From Saccostrea cucullata (lineage: Eukaryota), in the NCBI RefSeq assembly GCF_032062105.1, contig NW_026927384.1, positions 124,001-188,000 of the forward strand: DNA of 64,000 nt, read 5' to 3'. A program made the position numbers and the translations under genes. Shown here one piece after another: positions 36,484-48,500 of this stretch. Every line of letters begins with the position of its first letter. Position 1 is the stretch's first letter. Below the pieces are notes generated by a model that ran no database searches, was not told the origin of the DNA, and saw only the letters and a program-made list of their open reading frames with translations.

Positions 36484-38820
36484 TTTGTTGTCCCCCGCTT
36501 TCGCGAAAGCGAGGGGACATTAAATCTCATTCGTCTGTCCGTCCGTCCGTCTAGCTGTCTAGCTGTCCGTCAGTCTGTCCGTCCGTCACAAAAACTTTAA
36601 CCTTGCCCATAACTTTTGATTTTGTGGAGCTATGATTTTCATATTTCATATGTGTATTCTTTGTGATAAGACCTTTCTTTGGGTACTACCAAATTTGACC
36701 TTTTGACCTTGACCTTGGAGTTTGATTAACTTTTACTCGAAAATTCCAAACTTTTACTTTGGCCATAAATTACTTTTGAATGGTAGGTACTAGGACTTTA
36801 ATATTTCACATATTTATTCTTTGGGACAAGACCTTTTATTGGATACCAACAATTTTAACTTTTTGACCTTGACCTTGGAAATTATCGTACTTATGAAAAA
36901 ACTATAACCTTGACCATAATTTTTGAACGGTAAGGGCTATGGCTTTCATACTTCACATATTTTATTCCTGTAAGAAGACCTTTCATTGGATACCAAGAAC
37001 TTTGACCTTTTGACCTTGACCTTGGAGTTTTAACTACTTTTTAAAAATTATAACCTTGGTCACAACTTTTGAACGGTAGACACAAGGACTTTTATATTTC
37101 ACATATGAATTCTTTGTGGCAAGACCTTTCAATGGATACCAACAACTTTGACTTTGACTTTGGAGATTTATGAACTTCTGAAAAAACTTTAAACTTGACC
37201 ATAACTTTTAAACGCTAAGGCCAAAGTTATTTTATCTTTAGGTTTACGGATTTTTTCAACCAAAATATCCATTGGGTGGCGACAAAATAAAAATAAAAAT
37301 AATTTGAAACTTTTTTCAAACGGAACATCACTGATTTAAAAAAAAAATCAAAAAACACCACCACCCTTCTTTTGAATTGGTAAAAAAAAAAGAAACATTT
37401 CCTAAAATTTGGAAAAATTATTTGTAGTAAATGAGAATCAAATAAAAGGAACTACAAACGATTTTACTGAAGGTTTACTTCAGATCTTATATGAAATCAA
37501 TAAAAAATCTTTAGAAAAAATCTCTTTTGAAATATTAAAGATATATTGGAATATTAGGAGCATGACTTATATTCATTTATTTTCTTTCTTACTTTGATTA
37601 AGATTCATAATCTTGTATATTATATTAGTTATGAAGAAGAAGTCACAGATTATCTTTACTTCCAAGTTCTTTTAGTGAAACCCTACAATGTTGCCTATTT
37701 CCTTTTATTAGCATGACCTTATATCTATCTTCTGCTTCTGCTTCTGCTTCTGCCATGTACTGCCCACAATCAACTAGTTGATTATTATGGCATATGGCAT
37801 CAATGGCGGTCAAAGTAAAATGTCAACAACAAGGCATGTATCTGGGACCTATAGCCATGATAACGATCTATTTTTCTGGTTATATCGATATTTTTATTGT
37901 TTCATACACTTATCACAAAACATTTAGCATGTGTCTGGGTTTGGGGAATAAAATTCAAGTTTGAAAAAACTTACAGTCTTTGTTTGCAATTTCGATAATT
38001 TTTGTCCATTTTCAACATATTAATTCCTAACTTTTGAATTGGAAGAAAAATATTACCAATGAGAAAAAATAGCGAAGTTATGTCATTGAAACAGCTGATA
38101 TATTTGGTGGTTATTTTTATTTCCAAAAAATCACAGAAGATTACGTTTTAACAGGACTCTTAGGGGAAAAGAAATATTGCATCTCCCATAGTTTGCTCTT
38201 CTTTCGTTTTCTGTCAACAGTTTCTGGACATCGTGCTATTTCCAAGATATTTTAACTGCACTTCAAAATAAAGACATGCGTGCCGCCATATTTACACGCT
38301 TCTGTTTATAGTCACTGAAACGTTTTGAAAGAATGAGACGTTTTATTACATGTTTGGGACTCAGACGCATTATAAATTTTAAAACCTTGATGATCAGACA
38401 TGAATTTTCCGGAAAATTACCAAAAGAGGTCATAAAATCCATTATTTTTATTTTCTAGAACCTGAAAAAATCGGGTCGGCGGATCCGTAAACCGAAAGAT
38501 ATAAAAACTGTGGCCTAAGGCTAGGGCTTTCGTACTTCACTTATGTAATTATTTTGAGAAGACCTTTCATTGCATACCAAGAACTTTGATCCTTTGACCT
38601 TGACCTTGGAGTTTTAACTACTTTTTAAAAACTTTAACCTTGGTCACAACTTTTGAACGGTAGATACTAGGACTTTCATATTTCAAATATGTTTTCTTTG
38701 TGGCAAGACCTTTCATGGGATACCAATAACTTTGACCTTTTGACCTTGACCCTTAAAAATAATATTTCACCCACAAAGACACCGAAAGCGGGGGACCACA
38801 ATTCTTTGAATTTGCTTGTT
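36484..38820 (+). mobile_element. HINE-type element (third family) with ~150-bp GACCTTGACCTT repeats, interrupted by a nested transposon
   Basis: 5' GTCCCCCGCTTTCGCGAAAGCGAGGGGAC, GTCC microsatellite, 3' CGAAAGCGGGGGAC..CTTGTT. The repeat register resumes after 38518. Confidence 0.8.
37219..38515. mobile_element. PIF/Harbinger-like non-autonomous element nested in HINE
   Basis: TAA|GGCCAAAGTTATTTTATCTTTAGGTTTACGGA ... TCCGTAAACCGAAAGATATAAAAACTGTGGCC|TAA (3-bp TAA TSD). Confidence 0.75.
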
Positions 38821-39896
38821 GATTCATTTGTCCAAATGTTTAGATTTCAACAACTTCCACTAAAGCTACATGTATATATCGTCACATACCACACTGCCAC
38901 GGCCCTCCTGTTTCAGTGCCATTCTAAGGAGACAGATGCCTGCAGACTCCGGACAGTGGCTTAAGATGTTTAAGATAAAAAAAAACATAGCTTATTCTTA
39001 AATATTAGGAAAATGAAATAAATAAATTCATTTCAAGATAGAAGTCAAATGAATCTATTTTTAAGGTGGTGATGGTTAAGGGGGGGGGTATGAAAAAATG
39101 TAAAAGAAACAAACCCTCCCCATCCCCGTTTTGAATCTATTTTTTTTTTTAAATATATATTTATTTGATGCTTCTATCAGATTGAGGAAAACTCATAACA
39201 ATAATTAAATATCTTAACAAAGAGCTCGAATAGGAAGATATGGCTTTTCGTATAATAATATACGAAATAATATACGACTGCATAATAAAGTCGCTTAGTC
39301 TGCAATCAGTTGTACTTCTAGATTTCATAATATCGTGATAAATTTATCAGTCTTTGTTTTCATTTATTAAGTTCATGTTTGTCAATAAATACACATTAAA
39401 TTAAAAAGAGAAATAATAAGAAGAATTTTAATAATAATATTGAAGAGAATGTTAAATAATATATTTGTCACTTTTCCAAGGCTCTGAAAATTTGGAAAGA
39501 TGAGAAGAGAAAATGTTTACATATGTAGTGTATTTTATGTAAATAAACTAAACAAGAAATGAAACAACTTTGATAAAACTAATTCAATAAATGAAAACTT
39601 TAAAAATGATGGAGCTAAGAAGACGTCACCTCGATTTAGTACTTTCAGCACTTTGATTTTTTTACGCCCCAAAACTTGTAAAACCGAAAGTTAAATTTCC
39701 GGGAACTGCTTGGACGAGAAGTACAAAAAGCTGCAGGTAATTATCATCAATAAAATGTTGATAGTGTATGCATTTAGACTACGGGGTATGTGCCACATTT
39801 GGCAAAGCTTTCTTGGGGTGAAGATTTTCAATGTTACAAGTAGGCCTACAGGAATATTTTTAATTAAGTCTTCAGATTATATCTTTCAGGGGGAAA

Positions 39897-41555
39897 ATGG
39901 CGTCTTCTTCTACTTGGGCACAGGACGTGATCACGTGTGATCTTTGTGACAACCCCACCCAGCAATTCTGTAACAGCTGCCAGGTCAGTTTGTGTGGAGG
40001 CTGTATAAATAAACATGTAGAAAGTCTGAAGTCTGAAACACATGACATTGTTCCTTTTAAAGACAGAAGAGAACGGCTCGTATTCTCCTCATGTGCTTCT
40101 CATCCAAACCAGAAATATGAAGGACATTGCCAACAGTGTGGTGTCCCCGTCTGCTTCAGATGTCTAACAGGTCCCCACAGGGGTCATGCTGTCATAGATA
40201 TGTCAGAGGTGGTACAACAGATGAAAGAAGAAATCAAAAAAGAAACAGAAGAAATAGAGAATTTTATTTCAAGATTCACTCTAAGTGGAGCAGACATTGA
40301 TCAGAAGATATCTAATATGATTGAAAAATTTAAAACAATGGAGAGAGAGGGAGAAAATCTGAGAAAAACCTGGCATAAAGAAGTAGACAACATATTTGAC
40401 ACACTACAATCAACCATTAGTAAAATGAAGGAGAGAAGACTCACAGCTCTCAGATCCCATCAGTCCAGGCTTCAGGATTCAGGGTCAAAATTAGAATTCA
40501 TAATAAACGAAAACAATAAAATCCTGAAGTCCAATAAAGTGTCTGATGTTACAAGCCACAAATCAGAATTAAAGGATTTCAGAGACATTCCAACAGATGT
40601 TGATGTGAAGATTCCTTCCCTAAATAGCAACACAGTCCAGGGGAGAGAACTCAGCATAGAATTAGGAGAATACAAGGCTACTATTACACAGACATCACTA
40701 TCCAGTCTGACAGATGAAGTCTCCATTTTATCTGTGAGAAAATTATTGGAGAATGCTAAAGTTATTGCTACCATTCGTACTGGATTAAAGCCTTTAGGTC
40801 CCATTATCTGTATTGAAGGCGATGAAGCTTGGGCTTGTGGTCAAGACAAGTTCATAAGACGTATTGACATACGTGGATCTATGAAGGAGAAGATCATCAC
40901 CAAATGTGAACCTTATCCAGGTGATATTTCAGTGACCAGTCAGGGAGAACTGATAAACAGTTTTATGAAAAGTAAAACAGTGAACATCATCAGACAGGGG
41001 AGGATAGAGACACTGATTACTCTACCTCTGGGATGGCATCCAATGGGACTGTGTTGTACTAGATCAGGAGACGTACTAGTTTCTTTGCGTACTGCTGATG
41101 GAAGTCGTTATAAAATAGTCCGCTATCAGGGACAAACAGCAACACAAGAAATAGATAAAGATGACCGTGGACAAAATATATTTAAAGGTGGGAATGGTGG
41201 AGTTCTTATGAAGGAGAGTAATAATGGGGACATTTGTGCTGCTGATTTGAATGCCAATATAGTGATAGTGATGGACAAGACAGGAAGAGTCCGATTCCGT
41301 TATGATGGTACACCAGCCAGGAGGAATAATCCATTCCGACCTGTGTACATTAGTACAGACTCACTTAATCAGATCATAATAACTGATCTTAATAATGACT
41401 GTCTTCATATCTTAGATCAGAATGGACAGTTTCTAAAATGTATAGACAATTGTGGACTTCAGAGTCCTGCTGGACTGAGTGTGGACAGTAAGGGGAGGTT
41501 GTGGGTAGGGTGTTTTCATTCAGGTGATGTAAAAGTGATCCAGTACATGGAGTAA
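39897..41555 (+). CDS. RING-less B-box/coiled-coil/NHL beta-propeller TRIM-like protein, single coding exon
   Basis: CDLC..FCNSCQVSLCGGC..H..H, CASH..HCQQCGVPVCFRC..HRGH, heptad region, then NHL-like repeats (PMGLCCTRSGDVLV, PVYISTDSLNQIIITD, PAGLSVDSKGRLWVG). Confidence 0.9.
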   Translation: MASSSTWAQDVITCDLCDNPTQQFCNSCQVSLCGGCINKHVESLKSETHDIVPFKDRRERLVFSSCASHPNQKYEGHCQQCGVPVCFRCLTGPHRGHAVIDMSEVVQQMKEEIKKETEEIENFISRFTLSGADIDQKISNMIEKFKTMEREGENLRKTWHKEVDNIFDTLQSTISKMKERRLTALRSHQSRLQDSGSKLEFIINENNKILKSNKVSDVTSHKSELKDFRDIPTDVDVKIPSLNSNTVQGRELSIELGEYKATITQTSLSSLTDEVSILSVRKLLENAKVIATIRTGLKPLGPIICIEGDEAWACGQDKFIRRIDIRGSMKEKIITKCEPYPGDISVTSQGELINSFMKSKTVNIIRQGRIETLITLPLGWHPMGLCCTRSGDVLVSLRTADGSRYKIVRYQGQTATQEIDKDDRGQNIFKGGNGGVLMKESNNGDICAADLNANIVIVMDKTGRVRFRYDGTPARRNNPFRPVYISTDSLNQIIITDLNNDCLHILDQNGQFLKCIDNCGLQSPAGLSVDSKGRLWVGCFHSGDVKVIQYME

Positions 41556-42119
41556 AATAAATATCTAATATATACATAAAAGTCAACTATGAATTTTTTT
41601 CATTAAAATGAGAAATGGGTATTTTAGTAGAATATGATACGAAGTGTGTGACAATATATATACAATTTTGAATGTACAAACTGTTTATAACAAAATATGA
41701 ATGTGTAAAATGGTTTTATTTAAAAACTTTTGAAAATAGGGACCTTAAATTTATTATATGTTTTATCTTTTATTAATAATCAGATCATTTACTGATCATT
41801 AAATTTAATAAAGCAATCGTTTTCTTTCAGTGTAGAAAATGTAGCAGCTTTATGTAATCAACAATTACCTCATCATCGCAAACCATGGCAAAAATGTACG
41901 CTCCTCTCCCATCTGGAGAGAGCTATATATGCAGACTCCTGGCTTGAGACGATGCAATTACCTGTGTGGATACAATTTTATTAGTCTTATGAATGCTGAA
42001 TCAATCTAATACTGACCATTCTTATCAAAGGGTAAAAAATAGACTCTAAATATTCTAGTAATCTCTATATGCCTGAATAATCAACAACTAATTTTAATAT
42101 CTCTAATCCTATATGGGGT

Positions 42120-42997
42120 AACATCCTCAAGTAGTTTAGATTAAAGTCTGTTCAAATCATGACCCCCGGGGGTAGGGCAGGGCCAAAATGACCGACCAAA
42201 GTTTTACATAGAAATATATAGGAAAATTCTTTAAAAATCTTCTACTCAAGAATAGCAAAGGCATAATTCATCATATTTATATGGAAGCATCCTCAAGTAG
42301 TGAATTTAAAGATTCAAATTTGTTCAAATCATGACCCCTGGGGGTAGGGCAGGGCCAAAATGGCCGACCAAGGTTTTACATAGAAATATATAGGAAAATT
42401 CTTCAAAAATCTTCTCCTCAAGAATGACAAAGCCGTAATTCATCATATTTATATGGAAGCATCCTCAGGTAGTGTAGATTCAAGATTGTTCAAATTATGA
42501 CCCCTGGGGAGTAGGGCGGGGCCAAAAGTCTGACCAAGGTTTTACATAGAAATATATGGGAAAATTCTTTAAAAATCTTCTTCTCAAGAATGACAAAGCC
42601 TTAATTCATCATATTTAAATGAAAGCATCCTCAGGGAGTGTAGATTCAAATTTGTTCAAATCATGACCCCTGGGGGTATAAGGTGAAGCCAAAATGGCAG
42701 TCCAAAGTTTTACATAGAAATATATGGGAAAATTCTTTTAAAATTTTCTTCTCAAGAATAGCAAAGCCATAATTCATCATATTTAAATGGAAGCATCTTC
42801 AGGTAGTGTAGATTCAAATTTGTTTAAATCATTACCCCCGGCGGTAGGGCGGGACCACAATGGCCGACCAAGGTTTTGCATAGAAATATATAGGAAAATT
42901 CTTTAAAGAATAGCAAATCCATGATTGGTCATGGGATTACTTTTGGATTTAAACTTTTCAATAATAAACCAATTTCTACTTTTTCCTTGCTACAGTA

Positions 42998-43029
<32 letters not shown>

Positions 43030-43030
43030 T
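42120..43030 (+). mobile_element. 5'-truncated HINE (Cg170-like), copy 2
   Basis: About five ~167-bp units; 3' CTCAGGTGAGCGATGTGGCCCATGGGCCTCTT. Confidence 0.85.
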
Positions 43031-43756
43031 TTTATGGAATGTGAACCCTCTCTTCCCGGCCATGAAAAAAAAAATTAAATTGGTGCATGTTACAATGTAA
43101 TGCAATGCTTTGACATAGAACACGCTTCAATAATGTAAAATAACCTAAGAACTAAGTTAATTCATTATTGAAAAATAGTGCTAATATTATATACATGTAA
43201 AAGATTTTCAAACCTTAAATGAAACAAGTAATAGCTTTTCAAAAAAGCTTGCCTGACTAATGTAATCAATATCTATAGAACCTATAATCATGATTAGTTA
43301 TTTATATAAACGTTTATATTGGGGTTAGGGGTAATTATTTCATTAGAGTAAATTATGAAGACGTCGAACAAAACATCATGCATTAATTTTAAGTTGTTTG
43401 CTACTTATGAAAGCAATAGACAGCCTCGTTTTTGAAAATGGGGGGGGGGGGGGGGCCGCTAGAGAATTCTTTTCAATCACCTGCAAAAAAGGATATGCCC
43501 AAAGTTGAAAATCCTATTTCGGGGAGGGGGGGGGGGTGTTAGTGACCAACTTTTTTTCAGTTTCAAGTTCTTTCTGTACCAATTTTTAGCATTAAATACT
43601 GCATTTCCCTTTAATAAATTTCCTGTTATATACAGAGGGGGGATCCAACCTTAGTAGTATAAGCGGTCTAGATAGGTACGGATTCTGATTGGCTGAGAGA
43701 AATCACGTGATCAGTTTTGATTGGTTAAGGGGATAGGTGGGTCAACTGAGTGCAGT

Positions 43757-45320
43757 CCTAACCCTAACCCCTCTAACCCTAACCCCCTAGCCCTAACTAA
43801 CCCTAACTAACCCTAGCCCTAACTAACCCTATCCCCCTTAGCCCTAACTAACCCTAACCCTAACCCCTTATCCCCTAACCCTCAGGGATCACTTTGGGCT
43901 GCGCCTTTGCGCCATTGGCGCTCAATATTTGTAAATGGCGCACTAAAAAATTAGAAAGGGGTCAGTCTGGCGCATATCTTACAGATATGGCGCTATAAGA
44001 TGCAAAATTGTGGGTCGAAACTCTTATATTGGTGCATTTTAGGACCGTTTTCAAGACGTATCTGAGCATACTGTTACTCGTTCAATCAGACTCTTTGTAG
44101 CCGCGTATGTTCTTTACACCAGCAGAGCGTCTGATTGATCAAGACTAAAATCGGAATTGTACATGGAATATTTCCTTCGTTTAGATTACGCTACTAGATT
44201 TTTTTTTTACCGAATACTGAGTCAATTATATTTATTAAAATTATATGTAATGATTTAATTAATAAACACTTGAAAGTAATACTCCACTATGTAATATGTT
44301 CTAATATTTCTTAAAACTTTGATTATTTATTTCGAAACAAAACAAGTACAAGTTACTCATTGTGTATCCAGACACTTGCCCGAAATGCCTCCAAGGCGAA
44401 GATTGGTATTGGGCCAACTGACCCAAAACAACGAAAGCTTTCGTTTGTTTTACAAATAAAACGACGGAAACTTTTTCATTCCCAGACTCGGCAGAGGTCT
44501 CTGATTAAGAAGAACAGTCCAAGACGTTGACTCCTGATGTCAACGGCAACGAAGTTCGTCATTTCCAGTCCAAGTGGCTAACTTTGCACCCGTGGTTGGA
44601 ATTTGATCAGATGGGACTAAAATGTTTTCCAAACGAATAAAAAGTTTCTCATTTAAGTTTTTTGCTCCGAGTTCTTTGCATACAAAACGAGTCCCTACCA
44701 TTTGAACCAAATTTAATCTGCAACTGCTCCAGGTCTATTCAGTAGAGAAATGTGCATGTAAGTTTGCATCCTTTATAGTTTAGCTCTTCAACAACTTTCG
44801 AGAACTAAATCAATAAAATCAAAGGGGCGAGGAATTAACTTAGGTATTCTGTTTATCAATTTTTTTAATACTCTATTGTATGAACTCAAGTCTAAAACAA
44901 TTCTCCAATATGACATTTTTCAGTACTGAGATGAAATTTAAAGAAAAAAACTTTCTTTTATATTTATAATATTATTCATTTTATTTAAAAAAACTGAAAT
45001 TGGTTGTGTCAGAAATGGCATTTAAAAACCCTCAAAGACCCATCAAATTTACTTGAAATTCATCACAAAATAGCATGAAATATCAATTTTTCCCGGGGCT
45101 TCGCCCCCCTGCCAGGGCATTGCCCCTGGACCCCAAATGGGCCTAACGCGGCCCCCATACCCCTGGCGGATGGCCCATGGATTTTAATGTTGATGGGCCA
45201 TTGGCCCATCAACATGAAAATCCAGAGTGATCCCTGAACCCTAACTAACCCTAACCCCCTAGCCCTAACTAACCCTAACTAACTCTTACCCTAACTAACC
45301 CTAGCCCTAACTAACCCTAT
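43757..45320. repeat. Interstitial telomere-like (CCCTAA/CCCTAACTAA) array split by a transposon (43757-43882 and 45237-45320)
   Basis: Direct reading. Confidence 0.85.
43883..45236 (+). mobile_element. hAT-like deletion derivative with TTF-type zinc-finger transposase remnant
   Basis: TIRs CAGGGATCACTTTGG / CCAGAGTGATCCCTG, AACCCT on both flanks. Internal frameshifted MPP..KIGIGPTDPKQRKLSF and RHFQSKWLTLHPWLEFD (~44385-44630). Confidence 0.75.
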
Positions 45321-45508
45321 CCCACATTAGGATCACCCTTTTCTGGACATAATTGGTTATATTCTTCTTGAGAAATGATCTCAATAGTACCATCTTTTTT
45401 TATTTTAACTGGTATACCTCTGTCTACATCTTTCTCTGAAAGAATTCTCTCTCCAAACTGAATTTTACTCATTCCCTTACTCTTTTCTTTACTGGAGGTG
45501 TTACCCAT
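45317..45508 (-). CDS. Small 63-aa ORF with N-myristoylation motif (MGNTSSK)
   Basis: ACCATGG Kozak context, TATAAATA at 45547-45554 (minus), charged globular-looking sequence, stop inside the telomere-like array. Confidence 0.45.
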   Translation of the reverse strand: MGNTSSKEKSKGMSKIQFGERILSEKDVDRGIPVKIKKDGTIEIISQEEYNQLCPEKGDPNVG

Positions 45509-48500
45509 GGTTAATATGAAAAGTCAAAATCTGATGTAACACCTTGTATTTATACCCTTTTTGTCTATATTTAGAATTCCATCAAGCTTATATTACATTG
45601 AAAAAAAAAATTAACTAAGACATTTTTTTTATTTTCCAGGATTCTCTAGTGAGGGCTTATGGAAATGATCTATGTATACTCTTAGAATGGTGAAAGAATA
45701 TCAGATTATGCAAAGACTAACAGAATATCCTCTCTTGGAACACTGAAACAAGAAAATCAAACAGGAGATGGATGGAGGATTTAAGAAGCACATAGATAAA
45801 TATGATTTCCAACGAATTTAACCAGTATTATCATAGACTGTGGTTTACAGGATGACAAAGAAAGGAACCAGGATTGTATCTTTTTACTGTCAGACACTGA
45901 CTATGGATGAGATGTACCCATTTATTAAACTGAGATCTAGTCAAATCAAGTATTGAAAATATGATTTTCTGATAGCAGGAACTCTTTAAAATTAATTCTC
46001 ACAGACCTCAAAGTATCTGAATGTGACTTTTATTTTGACCAATTTCTATTGAAGACTTGTTATGTATGAGAAGTATACTTTTAAACCTTTTATTTTTCAT
46101 CTTATTTCTATAACCCCCTAGAAATTACACAGATATTCAGATGCTGGATTTAATGTTATTATATAACTTTCCTGGAATGGTAAATATAATTTGTTTGTGT
46201 GTGTATCATGTTTAATTTTGAATTTAAAATTGGTCTCAATAAGACCCCCAATAAAGATGCAAGTGTCCCATAATCTGTGGTTTAATAATATCTTGAATAT
46301 CTTTATCATACCATATTCATCATACTAATTACATATAGAATGTTTGTAGGAATACACTTTGTTGTTTAGGACACTTTGTCAAGGTCAAAGCATAAGATTA
46401 TTGAGATAACTACCTTTGACAATAATTTGTAACCTACAAACTTCACATCATAAGTACACAGATGAAGAATCAATAAGATATTTCTATAGATTTTTTGGAT
46501 CATTTACTCCTGGGTAAAAGTTAGTTACTAACTGAGATTACTGATTTGAATCCTGTAATGCAATAACTTAAACATTGTGTGATAACTTATAGACTTTATA
46601 AAAATTAGGTGCAAATTCTTAGGAAAGGATTGAAATGTAAATCATATGCACTATGTTCAAGGATGTTTAAAGACTATTACTATGTAATACCTTAGAATTC
46701 TGTAAAAAAAAAAAAAATTTTATCACTGCGTAGATAAAGACTGGTTGGAATAATTTATGTTTTGAAATAAGGTTTAGGGAAAAAAGTCAAGAATGTGGAT
46801 ATGACTTTTATTCAAATGGTGCATTACAGCAACTCTGGTGATTTACATACCTTCAATCATAAATACATGTAGATAGGTATTTTGAAGACTCCTTTAGATT
46901 TTGAAATTTTTAATTCAAAAGTATAGAATTTAAGTTTGAAAGATTTAAAATGGCAGCATATCATTTGCTTGTGAATTAAAAAATAAATCCAAACATATAC
47001 ATCTTTGGATGATAATTGTAGCATTTTATCAATTCCTGGACTTCGGTCTTGATATCATCCTTTAATGTCCTTAAAATTTCAATGACTGTCTTTTAGTTTT
47101 AGTTGAATTAGTTTCTTTTCTACATGTGAAAATGACATCATCCAAAGAAGCTCTTTATCTGCATGTTATATGAAGAAGACAATTTTCATCACAGTGAAAG
47201 AGATTGTTTTGTTAAACATATTGCATTGATGCACAAATATACTTTTAGATTTTTAATAGCTAGGGTTCATATTTCTTAATATGGAATGCTAAGTACTGTT
47301 GATTTCATTTTTTTTTTTGTGAACAAAGACATACCACTAGAAAAAAAAAAATGTACATGATGTGTTAGAAAAGCATGTGTAAACCTGATGACTTTATATT
47401 TGCTGATTAATTCAATTATGAGTTTCATCTTTGTTTCAATGTAAACATTTCTAAGTAGGGCACACATCAGAAACTCTTAAAATTCTGACTATCAGGGTTT
47501 AACACAACAATTCCAAATGATTTTTGGACGCTTTTTATGTATCAAAAAAAAAAAGACAAAACAGAATGTTTCTTAACAGATGTTCCAATGGAAAACAACC
47601 ACAAAGAAATGATTTGATATGTTCTTTATGTGATTCATATAAAATGTATTTTAAAATTGTACCCTAACATTTATCTTTTGCATAAATACATTTTTTTGTG
47701 GAGAATTTCTCATAACTTTGAAAAAGTAGTCTCATTGTTTAATAGGGTTAACTTTAAATTTTGTAGACTTAAAAGTTGTACATGATGTGTTATACATCTT
47801 ACATATGTAACCATTTCATTTAAGGGCATTCAGCATATATTGCGGTTTTGTCTTAAATTTGTTTTTTCATGTAATCAATAATTTGAGAATACTCAACTCA
47901 AATTAGGTAATGCATGAGAGAATAGGCAAGAAAATCAGGTTTAAGAAATGATTTTTACTATTTATAAGGGGTTAATCTATATATTGAATCTATAAGTACA
48001 TTTAGTCTATACACTTAAGGTATTTGTTTATGAAATAAACTTGCATTTGAGCATTTTAAGACAATTGTAAACATTACTTTAACCAGTTTAAAAAATGATT
48101 AGATTCACTGTTACCATGTAATTCCTTGTAAAATAAATGAGAAAACAAACAATTTTATTTGAGTCAGTTTTTTTTTAATGTAAATAAGAAGCATTGGAAG
48201 TTGGGAATATTTCACAAAGTTGATTGAGCATAATTCTCACTAGGACAGTAGGAGTATAATGATTTAAGCATTAAAGAAACCATTTCATATTTCAATATAC
48301 AAACCATGTTTAGTCATGCAGTATATAGTTTACACTTGCCAAAAAATAAATGGTATCTCTATTCAGGGTCAATGAAGAGAAATATTTATTTCATTTCTTT
48401 TTTACCTTTTATATTTAGATTCAACTGCATAGACTACCAGGAAGACAGCTGAGAATATGATAACTACAAGAAATAAATGAATCGTTATGATTAACATGCA

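Larger units (their letters stand above)
43653..48500. mobile_element. Possible decayed Polinton/Maverick-like or endogenous virus-like terminal fragment (right boundary uncertain)
   Basis: Starts AGTAGTA, then ATTGG boxes, a telomere-like CCCTAA array, a compact TATA-driven small ORF and long stop-interrupted reading frames. No hallmark gene recognised. Confidence 0.3.

Noticed and set aside
43757-43882. True chromosome telomere
   Set aside because: Short, degenerate and interstitial, with genes on both sides.
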